From: Paragordius varius
Lineage: Eukaryota; Animalia; Nematomorpha
Assembly (NCBI GenBank): GCA_964247055.1
Contig: OZ176054.1
Coordinates: forward strand, 12,896,001-12,960,000
Reading direction: 5' to 3'
DNA: 64,000 nt
Positions within the stretch are counted from its first letter, which is position 1, and each line of letters starts with the position of its first letter. This document shows positions 48,101 to 60,927 of this stretch, in pieces. Below the pieces are notes generated by a model. It worked only from the letters and a program-made list of their open reading frames with translations, did no database searches and had not been told where the DNA came from. Both the position numbers and the translations under genes were made by a program.

Positions 48101-49197
48101 ATACGCTTATCGATTTAAACCTCAGATTAGAATGAAGTTTCATATATAAATTCCTATTTTAGACAATTTTATATCATAATTTCTAATAATTCAATTTTCT
48201 TAATATCGCTTAGTAAAAAATTAAAAAAATTCCAGTAAAAATTGAATACGGACAAAACGTAAAAATATAAAGACAATTTTTTTTCTAAAAGTACTTTTTA
48301 GAACCTTAATGTTTCCCATATAAGTTACTTAGTTACAATTGTAAAATATAGAATTGATTGTGTTAGTATTACTCTATTTCACACTTTGCCATTTAAAACA
48401 ATGAGTTAGGTATATTGAAATAAATCAAGATTTAAAAAGTATGGTTGTCTTTTGTGGAAAAAAATATTTGTCTTTATATTTTTACGTTTTGTCCGTATAA
48501 TTTTAATTTTGACTGTTTTTGTAGTTCTTTAATATATATATGATAGAGCATATCCATGTCAAGAATACCCAGGAAAATTGTTGGAATGCAAAGCTATAAT
48601 GGCAATGATAATGAACAATTTGGATCCTGACGTGGCTCAGTTCCCTGAAGAGTTGGTCACCTATGGGTCCAACGGTCAAGTTTTTAGTAATTGGATTCAA
48701 GTATTTGAACAGTTTCTGAACATATCCAACTATTTTCTACCGCATTTTGCAATTTTCAGCACACCATTTTTATCAAATACACTGTGTTTTCTATTAATTA
48801 TAAATTATAAAAAAGCAATTTTTTGTTGGTTATAATGTAGCTATTTTGGAATGTATTATTGTTTTTTCAATTATTTTAAAACCATAATTTATATGTTAAA
48901 AAAGGTGAATTATTTTCGAAATAATTTAAACTATCAACAAATTGTTTTTTTTTCGATTATCCATACACTATAAAATCCGTAAATAATATAGGAATAGTAC
49001 AGTAAAAATTGAAATTATACGCACAAAATGTAAAAATATAGACAAAAATTTTTTTTCGATTATCCATACTATTTTAAATCTTAATTTACCCTATAAAAAA
49101 CATTTGACTACAATCGTAAAATACATAATTAATTATGTTACCAATTGACATTTCTATATTATACTTTGTAGTTTAAAACAATGAGTTATATTTCAAA

Positions 49198-49797
49198 AAA
49201 TCAACATTTAAAAAAGATAGTTGTCTTTATAAAAAAAATATTTGACTTTATATTTTCAAGTTTTGGCCATAATATAATTTGAATTTTTACTCTATATACA
49301 AATGCTAAATTTTATTTTTTCCACAGTTCTTATTAACCATGAAATATTTGTCTGAAATGGAGAATTATCAAACCTTAGTGTTATGTTCTGGACATCCGCA
49401 CGGTTTATTTCCAAACATCTGGAATTATGGCACATGTGAAAAAAGGGGGAAATTAGGTAATAAACTCTTTTATAACTAGGGTTGTGCTGACCAAGTCAAC
49501 AACATTTAAAAAAGATAGTTGTCTTTATAAAAAAAATATTTGACTTTATATTTTCAAGTTTTGTCCATAATATAATTTGAATTTTTACTCTATATACAAA
49601 TGCTAAATTTTATTTTTTCCACAGTTCTTATTAACCATGAAATATTTGTCTGAAATGGAGAATTATCAAACCTTAGTGTTATGTTCTGGACATCCGCACG
49701 GTTTATTTCCAAACATCTGGAATTATGGCACATGTGAAAAAAGGGGGAAATTAGGTAATAAACTCTTTTATAACTAGGGTTGTGCTGACCAAGTCAT
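49198..49797 (+). repeat. 298-bp tandem duplication containing urocanase exon 4 and the left tip of a hAT MITE
   Basis: Acceptors at 49326 and 49624 (period 298); both copies end tagggttgtgctgaccaagtca. Confidence 0.92.
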
Positions 49798-50328
49798 GAC
49801 CGGGTCAATTGACCGGGTCATGACCAGGTCAGTGACTATTTATTTTTTGACCATGGTCATTTCAGCTGATTTTTGCAAAATTGCTGGTAATTTTTTTTGG
49901 ATGAAAAATAGTAAGTTATTTTTTAATATATTTTAAAAAAAATATATAAATATTTAAATTTGTTTATTTAAAAATTTAAAATGTTAAACATGCATCCTTA
50001 AAACATTAGCATATAAGCATATCCAGTTATTTCGAAAAAGAAAACAATCTTTTTATAAAATAGTCAATTATTTCATATATGTGAACTAATAAAATGAAAA
50101 AACATTTTATAATTGGATATTTCAATGATAAAAGAAAGTGTAAAAGAAACGAAAAATTTTATTTGAAATATCCAGTATTAAAAGCGAGGTATTTGAAAAT
50201 TCAGAAGTAATTTCATAATCCAATATCGCATGGTATTTACTTAGGTAAAGTGGTCATGACCGTGGTCATGACCATGGTCTGACCGGGTCTGACCGGACTT
50301 TTTTGAAAAAGTCAAATGCACAACCCTA
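49775..50328. mobile_element. hAT-family MITE (554 bp) in urocanase 4 intron 4
   Basis: TIRs TAGGGTTGTGC...GCACAACCCTA; 8-bp TSD tttataac/tttataaa; clustered TGACC/GGTCA subterminal repeats at both ends; empty site in the other copies. Confidence 0.88.
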
Positions 50329-51492
50329 TTTATAAAATTGACAAAAAATTTATTTTTTTTGATCAGTTGAAAATTGAATACGTATACTATTTTAAAACTC
50401 ATGCTAACATAAAGAAATACAGCCAAGTTATCCGCGTTTGATTATTACAAATGGCCTGGTGCTACCAACATGTCAGGAACCAGAAAAGCAGCATGATAGA
50501 GCCTACGTTTCAGATTACGAGCGATTATTTGGTTTGAATGTTAGCCAATATGGACAAATGACAGCAGGGAGTTTTTGTTACATTGGACCTCAGGGTATAG
50601 TCCATGGCACAACTCTAACTTTGCTTAATATAGCTCGAGCAAATTTTGGCGTCCAACATGTGACTGATATGGTGGGTAAGGTAACACATAATATTACATA
50701 CAATATAGATACCTTTATAAGTGTGGATTGGAGCCGGAATTGTTTTGGGGTTAAAGAAAATATTTTACTAACGGTTGTAAAATAAAAGTTTTACAAATTT
50801 TGAAACTTAATATTAATAATATGCCTTTTATTTCATTCAAAAAGCAATAGTATATTGTTGTAGATATTATAGAGAGAAAATATTTTGGCCTAAATTATAT
50901 TTTTACGGCTATTATTCAGATTCCTATCAAAAAAGTTGAGACATTGGCGGTGTGACCATAATTTTAAAAATCAAAACCATTTATAACCATGGCCAAAATA
51001 TTTTTAGCCGAAGGGACAAATCTAATTAAAACTAACGCAAAAAACAGTCAAATCCTTATATATTTTTTAATTTGTATTAAAAATATGAAAAAATCTTTAG
51101 GTATTTGTATCAAGTGGATTGGGAGGAATGAGTGGAGCTCAAGCTAAGGCTTGCAAAATCTTGTCATGTTTCGGGCTAATTGCTGAAGTAAAATTTATTC
51201 CCCCTTAAAAATATATATATTGATATATCATGATAAGTTAACTTAACAAAATTTTAGTCATTTAGTAGATGTTGTATGACTCTTGAGGTAAAATTTATTT
51301 TATTAACAATATTCATTTAGATAAATAGTGTGACAGCGCAAAAAAGATTGAATCAAGGATGGTTGGATGAAGTTAGCCATGACTTGGATTTCTGTATTAA
51401 CCAAATACGACAATATAAACGGAATCTTGTTAGCAAATCTATAGCATACTGTGGAAACATTGTGGATTTGTGGTATAATTTAATTTTTTCAC

Positions 51493-51778
51493 CCATAAAG
51501 TTATATTTGGTGTGGTATTTATAAATCATTAACGACGAGGACAGGAATCGCTTATAAAATTAAACTGAGAGCTCTTAAACGTCTCTTCGTTCATACCTGA
51601 TTAAAATATATTATTAAATTTATTGTTACATTTTATTAAATTAGTAATTGTTACTCATATATAAGAATATTTTAAATGGATACATTATATTTTTGGTTAA
51701 ATTCCCACATCTATTATACATTTGTGGTGAAAACTGCTTATAACCAATGAGGGCATTCATAAGCGGTCAGAAAGGCTA
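51493..51778. other. ~290-bp unclassified insertion in urocanase 4 intron 7
   Basis: Absent from the ~85-bp intron 7 of copies 1 and 2; flanked by a possible TTCAC direct repeat; no TIR or TG..CA ends recognised. Confidence 0.5.
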
Positions 51779-53311
51779 TTCACTAAATACATGCATTTAC
51801 TTGCTTTTTTAGCTAAAAAATAATTTTCAGGGCAAAATTGGCAGAAATATATGAGGAAACAGGTGAGAAATTAGTCGATTTTGGTTCTGACCAAACCTCT
51901 CTTCATAATCCATAGTGGATACTATCCGGTCGGTTATAGCTGGGATGATGCAAATCGATTATTGGCAACAAGTCCTGAACGGTTTCAGAGGGAAGTTTGT
52001 CAAAGTTTGATACAGCAAGTCACGCATATTAATAGGTTTTTTTCCTAAATTCATATATATATTTATCAAATTGAAATATATTATGAAACTATTTTTATAG
52101 ATTGACAGAAATGACTGGGTTAGTATTTTTTGATTATGGCAATGCTTTTTTGCTTGAAGCTGCAAAAGCTGGAGCACAAATTTACAAAAATAAAAGCGAT
52201 GTAGCATGCAATTTGGGAGAAATAAATCAAATTGGCGATTCAGTTGAACGGATATATAGATACCCATCGTACGTGGAAAATGTAATGGGTGAAATTTTCG
52301 CATTTGGGTTTGGGCCTTTCCGTTGGGTATGTATGAGCCAGGATCCGAAAGATCTTGCTTATACCGATAAACTTGCGCTTTCCATCCTTAGGGAGATTGT
52401 GAATGAACTAGATTCTAAAATACTTCAGTGCCAACAAAAACAAGAGCAGAGTCGCAGCAAAGTTGAACTTTATGCCCGAATAAAATCTTACTATGTCGAT
52501 AATTGCTTTTGGATGGAACACATCATTTCTCAACCCGGTGTAGTAGGATATCTCACTGTAGGATCTCTGGCCCGGATCCTGTACTCAGACGTTCAAGGGC
52601 GAATACGACTGGCTTGTGCCTTCAATAAGGCCATTGCAGATGGACATATAACGCAACCGATTGTGTGTAGTCGAGACCATCATGACGTTTCGGGGGCTGA
52701 TAGCCCTTGGCGGGAAACAGCTAACGTTCGAGACGGTTCCAACATGTGCATAGACATGTCCATTCAAAATGTCTTGGGAAACGCGGCCAGAGGGGCAACT
52801 TGGGTAGCCCTTCACAATGGCGGAGGGGTTGGATGGAACCGTGCATGCAATAATGGATTAGGTCTTGTGCTAGACGGACTGGAAACGGAACAACGCATAA
52901 AGAATGTTATGATGTGGGATGTATTGAATGGTATGGTACGGAGATGTTGGTCTAATGCTTATAATTATAGCAACAATGAAATCGATTCTCTCTCCGAAAA
53001 ACGTGGGAAATCATTGCCCTTAGGCGAGAAAACGACGTATTACAATGATCTTATAAAGAGTTACTTGCAAGAACTTCAAACGGATATCAAGGGCTTAAAA
53101 GTAACTTTACCCTTTGGTGAATAAATTAGAGGAAACTTTATTCAAAAAGATATATGTCTATTTATTTATTTGTTACAATATATATTTTATATGATAATAA
53201 TTAATTGCCATATTATTATAAATACTTTGATGTCATCTATGGGTGTTTAAATAATTGACTAATATTTTTATACTTTTTGCCAAAACAATCACAGATACTT
53301 CCTTTATAGGA

Positions 53312-54330
53312 TTATATTTTATTGTCGAAATGACAATTGTCATATTTGGAATTTTGGCGTGCGACATATTTTTCGAATTGGAGTTTCCAATCAACTATAT
53401 ATTTCGTTTTCCAGTCATTGAAGTGTGCTTTCCATTGGATTTCTAGATCACTAAGATCTTCTATTGGAAAAAATATATAAGATAAAAGATTTGTCGAAAA
53501 TATGAAACGAATTGGTTAATTGAATCTGGTTTTATAAAAATATCGACTTACGTGTAGCTAAAGCAAGATCGGGCATGAATTCATTCCAAAATGCGCACTC
53601 TTTAATACGCGGACCTCGACCAACGTCAAATGCATCGATTGCAATATTCAAATATTCTCTATTATGGGCAGTGTGGATGGACCATTGTATATCGGACCAG
53701 ATTCCATCATCATTTATGTTTGGATTTCGATTTTTTGCAGAAAAACGAAGGATAATTAAAAATTAGTTTAGTTTTGATCACTTGTCTTCTAATATTGTCA
53801 CATGGTAAAAATTCATATTTGTCTATATCAAATATTATATTACCCAGTTTTAGCAAAATTGGTCCAGAATCGCATCATGAGCCAGCTTAGTTCAATTTCT
53901 TTGGGCTTATATCCCTTTGAAGGATCTAACGGTTCCCCAAATATATAATTGATTTCATCAGCATGCATGACACCCATCCAAGATGGCCAGGGGTGAGTCG
54001 ATGATCGGTGAGTATAATAGTATTTGAACACATTAGCACCAGATTGGGTGTAGATGAAGGCGCCCATATTGACCCCACAGGTAAAGTAATAATCACCGAC
54101 ATTTTTGAACGCATCTAACATTTTCATGGGGTCCGAGGGATCCTCCCAATGCGTATACTCATAGAGTATGGCTTTTCGACCAATTTGATTGAATTGCGGA
54201 TAATTCAGGTAAGGCTTTAGCAAAAGCGTGTCGATCAACGGTAACCGCCTTTTCTAATGGGATAAAAAGATTCGTTAGCTGATAAATGTTAAAATATGTG
54301 CCCTCGTCAAAATTTATATGGGTCAACGCA
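53312..54330 (-). pseudogene. ace: Acetylcholinesterase 3' remnant, copy 4
   Basis: Same exons; 2-nt frameshift near 54200 and one-codon loss (DAF-K); [17 protein letters not shown] and WAT exon recognisable. Confidence 0.88.
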
Positions 54331-55118
54331 GAGATTTTAAGTTAAAATTAAATCTTATATTTCAAAAAGCAATTTTTATATCATTTAAAGCGTTTTTAAT
54401 ATTCCTTGTCCGTATTTGAGAATCATGAATTAGAATTAAGTAAGAATACAAATGTTTTTTTATTTATTTAATAATATCTATATATGATAACACAAAGGAA
54501 CATCTATATTAAAATAAATTCAATCTCTGTAATATTCGATAATTATTTTTAACAAAAAAAAGATTTATATAGCAATACAATAAATAAATTTTGGCAATTA
54601 TTATTGTGGTGCACATTTCTTATTTATAGTAGCGTATGGCATTAAACAATAGTAGACCATAAAAGAATAAAAAATGTTTAAAAAAAACAAAGGAATATTT
54701 ATAGGTTTATTTAATTAGGGTTGTTTGTCAAAAAACATTTTTTAATCTTTTATGGACTAATAATGTTTTATGCCATACGCTACTGTATGTATTCACAACA
54801 TTACATATGCGCTCTGGAATCCTTTTGTATTGTTTGTTAAATATGGCACGTGTGGGTCTTTTGTAGAAATTTACCTGTACATATATAAATGAGACTTCTG
54901 GAATAAAATTTATTGATTATCAATTTAGAAGTCGTTGAATTATCAAGTTATAAAATCAAAATGAATCTATCTATACAATGTTTTTAAACACCTGTTTCAA
55001 TACAAAGTTTATGTGGTGATCAATTTAATCTAAATGTTTCAAAATCAAGTATTTTTAAACAATAATTTTATTTATTTAATTACATCACAGAATAGAGGAC
55101 ATTAAATGAATCCCTAAT

Positions 55119-58100
55119 TCAATCATTAAAGTTTTGCTGCCTAAAACATATACATAAATTTGTCATGAAGGGTGATGTGTTTGATTTAGTTTTCGATTTT
55201 TTGACATTTTTATTGTTGTTTTCTCCAAATTGATGTTTGGAGGCTTCTGGAGAAGTCTTGAATTTAACGCGTGACCCAATATTATCTTCTTGACTATAAA
55301 AGATTCAAAAAAAATCCCTCTAAAATTAGAGATCGGAACCAATACACGGTTTTTGGATTTTCAAATATAGCTTTTTCTTTAAATTTTGTCACATTGAACA
55401 TACGGTATAAATTGATATTATAAGGACCAAACGTAAATATATAGACAAATCTTTTTTTTAAAAGAACACTATACTGTTAACTTGATTTTTTAATATAAAC
55501 CATTGTTTGTAAATGGTAACGACGAAAAAGAAATAAACAACTTAAATAGTATTAAATTTTTTCTAAGTAATATTACAAACATGCTTTTTTTCATTTCTTA
55601 TTTAGAATATTTTTAATTTTTATTTCAATTATTTACATCTGACAACCTGTATTAATCGAAAATTTATGCTTTAAATCAATTCAATTATTGCATTATAAAT
55701 TCAATATTAAAACAATTATGGTTAAAATTGTAATTAAATAATTTATATAGTTAGGGTTTACAAAAGTATGTCTTTCTACCAAAAAACCTGTCTTTTACGA
55801 TTTGTGTGTATAATTTTTTACTGTATATTTCTAAATCTAAATAACCGAATCATTTTTGGCAAAAAACTATTCCGAATCCCATAAACAATCCCATTTGCCA
55901 ATCTCAGAATAAATATCAATAGTATTTTAATTTTGAAATGACTTAATGAGTTTCAATAAGCAAATTTTATTTTCCATAAACTTATATTCAACTAAATGCC
56001 ATTATACTAGTGTATCATTTTGATCAAATAAGAGATGAATTGCTAAATTTTAACTTATTGTCCATTTTAAAAAATAAAGATAAGAATTCAATTCTTTATA
56101 AATGATTCCTATCCATACTCCTATTTTTCAATATTCACGTCCATTTATATTCATTTTAATTGAAAGTAACCCCCCTTTACAAGAATTAGTATTTATATAT
56201 TCATACCTTACAAGCTCTTCACTTTTCATTGGATTGTAGGAGGGAAACCCTGATTCGAGTCCCCCCACACTCCGATCAAGCATAACGGCTCTTGAAGTGA
56301 AATATTCAAATCCGGATTCTTCTTTAGCATGCATTTTCTGTTGCTGTTGTCTTTTATTGGCAAAAAAATCCATGTAATTTTCGTCATGTCCAACCATATT
56401 GTTGTCATTATTATTCATGTTTTGCCCCATTAAATTTTTATTTGCAGGTGTTACTGGCCATGCTAAATCACTCGATCCCGATTGACCTATTCGTTTTTCA
56501 TCTAAACCCTGTTTTTTTTTGTAATTTCAAATGAATATCTTACGAAAGGATATTTAAAATTTTCTATGCTTAATTATCCAATAATTACTCTTAATTAGAT
56601 AATCGGATTTAATTGTTTTGTAAGTTGGAAAGCAAGGGTGTACAGATAGGACTACTAGTTAGAGATTGGATAATTTGTGTATCCTACTTAACAACAGAGA
56701 CCATTAAGTTGAGAGTTTTAATTTAAAAATTAAAAATATATTCAAGGGCTTCGAACCGGAACCATATGAAACCAGAATCCGGTGCTTGAGTTTTCAGCAA
56801 TACATGAAACCAGAATCCGGTGCTTGACTTTTCAATAGGAAACAGTTTCGTTGAGTTCAGGAACCACCCCGGTTACCTTTTTTAAATTCCCAGTTCTTAT
56901 TTCACCTTTTTCGATCTGATTCGAAGCCCTGATTTAAGACTTTTTTCCACCTACCACATTTTGCATATCTTGTTTCACATCATCGGCATAGTAATAAGCG
57001 GAAGTAGAAATGTTTGATGATTTTGGTTCCATATTGGTTGTTGATATTTCTGGCGAGGGAGGTAATTTCCCACTCCAATCAAACATGTAATCATATTCCC
57101 AACCATAATTTTGCAATAATGTTTCAAATAACTGTTTGAGGTAGGCATAATCTGGCGTTTCAACAAAATCAAGGCCTCTGGCATAACGAACCAAAATTTT
57201 GAATTCTTCGGACAAACCCGAACATAGAGTATCGGGATCAATATCTCGTTTCATTTCAGCAATCTTACGGTACTTTTGTTTGGAGGATTCGGTTTTGATT
57301 AACTTTAAGCCTGGACTTGTGGATATTGCAACATGGATAAATTTTACAGTAAAAATTGAAATTATACGGACAAAACCCAAAAATATAAAGACAAATATAT
57401 TTTTTAAAAGACAGTCACTTTTTTTTAATCTTGAATTTGTAAATTTTTACTAATTGTTAAAAACAAAGTATGATATAGAAATATATAATAACACAATTAA
57501 TTACATTTTTTATATATTGGGTATAAATAATTAATAAAATTTATGGATATAAAAAAGAATGGTTGTTATTTTTACATTTTGTCCGTATAATTTCAGTTTT
57601 AACTGTATATGAATAAATATTTACCTTGCCAAGGCAAGGAACCCTTTAGAAAATATAGAAACATATATGCAAGTCCTTCAAGATCATCCCTTCGACTCTG
57701 TTCTATTCCAAAATGAGTATTAACAGACATATATCGGGCAGTTCCAGTCAAGGGTTTCTGTTCACGGTACTTTATGTGTTTACCTGATATATGATTAGAG
57801 CTGATAATAAAATTTAAATTTTTATTTCAGTAAAAAGTTACAGTAAAAAATGATATTATAAAAAACGTAAAAATATAAGAACAAATATATATTTCAAAAG
57901 ACAACCATACTTTTTTAAACCGTGATTTTTCCCATAAAAACTATTATTTATTTAAAAAGACAACCATACTCTTTTAAATTGTGATTTTTCCCACATAAAC
58001 TATTAAATTTATATAAAACAATAACTGTGTATCCAATTTACATGCCTATTTCAGATTTTGTGGTTTTTAAAACAATGAGTCATATTTAAATAGGGAAGCT

Positions 58101-59165
58101 TGGTTATTTTTTTTAAATTATGTTTTGTCCGCATAACCTATTTCACTTTTACTGTAAATTTTGTATATTAGCTGCATACCATTTTTATCGATATATTCTT
58201 TAGCTAATCCAAAATCAACGACCCATATAATTGCTTTAGTTCCGTTAGCCCGTTTCCCAATCAAAAAGTTTTCGGGTTTCACATCCCGATAAACTAACCC
58301 ATAGTAATGTATGAATTCGATTCGATTTATCAATTGTATAGCAATCATAATCACCGTTTTAAGACTAAATTGTTTATTGCAATACAGAAATAGGTCTTGA
58401 AGACTGGGTCCCAACAAGTCCATCACCATAACGCGATAGGATCCACAGTGACCAAAATAATATACGCGGGGTATGCCTTCGGCATATATGCCATACCTAA
58501 AATTAGAAATTGTTAAGTAAGAAAAAAAAAGTTTTACTTATAGTAAAAATTAAATTAGAAAATCAAAGAATATACCCAAAAAGACTACCAACCGCCATAC
58601 TTTTCCTTAGTTTTTACAAAATAGAAATGTAAATTTGTGACACTCTCAATTATACATGAAAATCTTAACAACTAGGCTGTATAGCAAATACTAAAGCTTA
58701 AAACATATGTCTCTCTTTACAAAAAAATATTTTTGTCACTGTATTTAATTTTTACTGTTAATAGAAAGACCAAAGTTTTTATTTTACCGTAAGTTAGTAC
58801 GTAAGGTAATACCTTTCATCCTGGTGCAGTCGACTGTACAATTCGTATTCCCGTTTTAGTTGAGGGATTTCCGCATTTCCCGCCTCAATCTTTATGGCAG
58901 CTAAAGTGTTTGTAGCTATATGGATACAATATCGCAATTCACCGAACGTCCCCGAACCAATATGCTGAGCTATTTGATATAAATTTGGGTTATTTTTTAT
59001 GTTGGTGCCGTTTGATTTGGAAAAACGATCACCACCAACTATACGACCCTGTAATTTGTCTTTTCCGCCACCATGGTGAGTTTCTGAGGAATTGATATTA
59101 ACGCTATTATTGGAAGGCTTCACCCCTATGTTATAGTATGGGTCTTCGGTTTTCCCGGGACTCAT
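55119..59165 (-). CDS. CSNK1G: Casein kinase 1 gamma-like, copy E; intact, about 553 aa
   Basis: Exons 59165-58813, 58496-58180, 57783-57625, 57310-56955, 56508-56207, 55293-55119; GT-AG, phases consistent (1662 nt), no stops; [43 protein letters not shown] and C-terminal LCICF all present. Confidence 0.92.
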
Positions 59166-60927
59166 GATTTGAAATATTAAATTAGATATCGATTCCACAT
59201 TAGGGTTCAAGTTAATGAATCTTGTTTGAAGATATTTCCTTTTTTTCTAAAACTTAAAGCCGGTGCCCGAAAAATAGTTTTTTTAACATGAAAAATAAAT
59301 TATAATTACTAATAAAAATCACACTAATATCAGTTATAGTTAAAAAGAAATCATTTAACAATAATGCTATGCCGCGCGGTTTTAACAATCACGTAAATTT
59401 GATTTTGTGATATATTTTTATTATGTGCATTATTTACTTATATTTATTTTGGATTTGATTTTTCACTTTTTTTTAATAGCGTATCTTTATATTCATAAAA
59501 ATTGATCATATAGGTAGACCTTAACCTTCTTATTTATTTATATATCAATAAATATAAATAGTGACTTTTTCATTTGTGTAATGTATCAAACAAATAAAAT
59601 ATGCAAAAGAATATTTTTGGGATAAATTAGTAATTTTTTTGGAAATAATGGTTTGATCTAAGAGTGATTTTAAAAAATTGGCGATCTTAAATTTAATTTA
59701 ATGCGTAAATTTATGAATCGATATCAATCCGTCGAAATTTTAATTTGAATTATGTCGCTTTTAGTTTGGTTACAAATTATTAAGAAGGGTTTATGATTTT
59801 TATATTCCAAAATCAAAAAATCGAAAATTTTGCACAAATTATGTTATTACGAAATTGGAGGTTTTACAAACACAAAAGAGCTAGTATTAATTGGTAAAAG
59901 TTTTGCCTAATTAAGTAATTTTCTGCTTTCGAAACAATAAATTTAGCAATAAATAAGCAATATAAGGGCTACATTTACAAATTGCAAATTAAACTCGGCA
60001 TATATAGGGATGCCATATGTAAAATTCCCTCCTCTTTATCGTAATCAATTTTTTTCGTTACAACCTAACATAAACTTTTTTATTATAGTATCACTTACCC
60101 TCATACGCTAACGTGTATTTGTTTCTTTTTCTTTACAAAAATGATAAATGATACTTTAAGAATGTAAGAAAAACGAAAAATCCTACTTGCCTAGACATTT
60201 AAAATATTTTTTGCTTTAAAATGTGAAAAAAAGTCGAATAAGAAAGGTATTTTACTGTTTTCAATTAATCAATGATTTTAAAGATTGATTATTGCTAATA
60301 AGAAAGTAATATGAGCTAAATACTTTTTAGCGGACATAATGGTTAAAACCTATGAGTGGAGTAAATTACTATATAAAAACCGGTAAAAAAAAATTGAAAA
60401 AGAAAAAGAATCAAAAATTTTAAGATTTATATTCCTACCTGAAGCTAGCCCAGGGAACTGTATCACATATGTGAATAATTTGACTAAATTGATGAAAAAT
60501 TGCAATTCTTTTGATATTTCAATCAATTTTAAAGAATTTTTATATAAGATCAGCGATTGTTTTTACTTAATATTTCCCAATTTTGTGGGGTTAAATTTTT
60601 AAGTTGTATTTATTTTTTCTAAGTTGAGATATTTATATAAGAGATCTAATTATGTTAGGACTACATTGCAGTTCCACATATTCCAGAAAATACGGATGAA
60701 GTATTATTTATGTATATATTTTACACAATCAATCACCATCATATATCCGACTTAATATATCAATTATAGTTGGTAAATTGTTAATCAAGGGATTATATTA
60801 TATACATTTATGTATGATATAATAACTTATACTAAATATGACCTTTAACATATTATCCATATGGTTATTTATTTAAAATAAAATTTAAATAGTATTAAAA
60901 CTTTTTTTTATAATTTTTTATGAGAAA

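Larger units (their letters stand above)
46916..53124 (+). pseudogene. UROC1: Urocanate hydratase copy 4, pseudogene with duplicated exon 4
   Basis: Exons 46916-47047, 48006-48136, 48547-48700, 49327-49456 and 49625-49754 (duplicate), 50415-50680, 51101-51187, 51321-51472, 51831-52035, 52101-53124. Same 5-nt exon 8 deletion as copy 3 (TAG at 51913-51915). Confidence 0.9.

Noticed and set aside
56765-56840. Short tandem duplications (38 bp at ~56765-56840; ~60 bp at ~57898-58010)
   Set aside because: Real but confined to MITE interiors in introns; ordinary slippage with no evident consequence.
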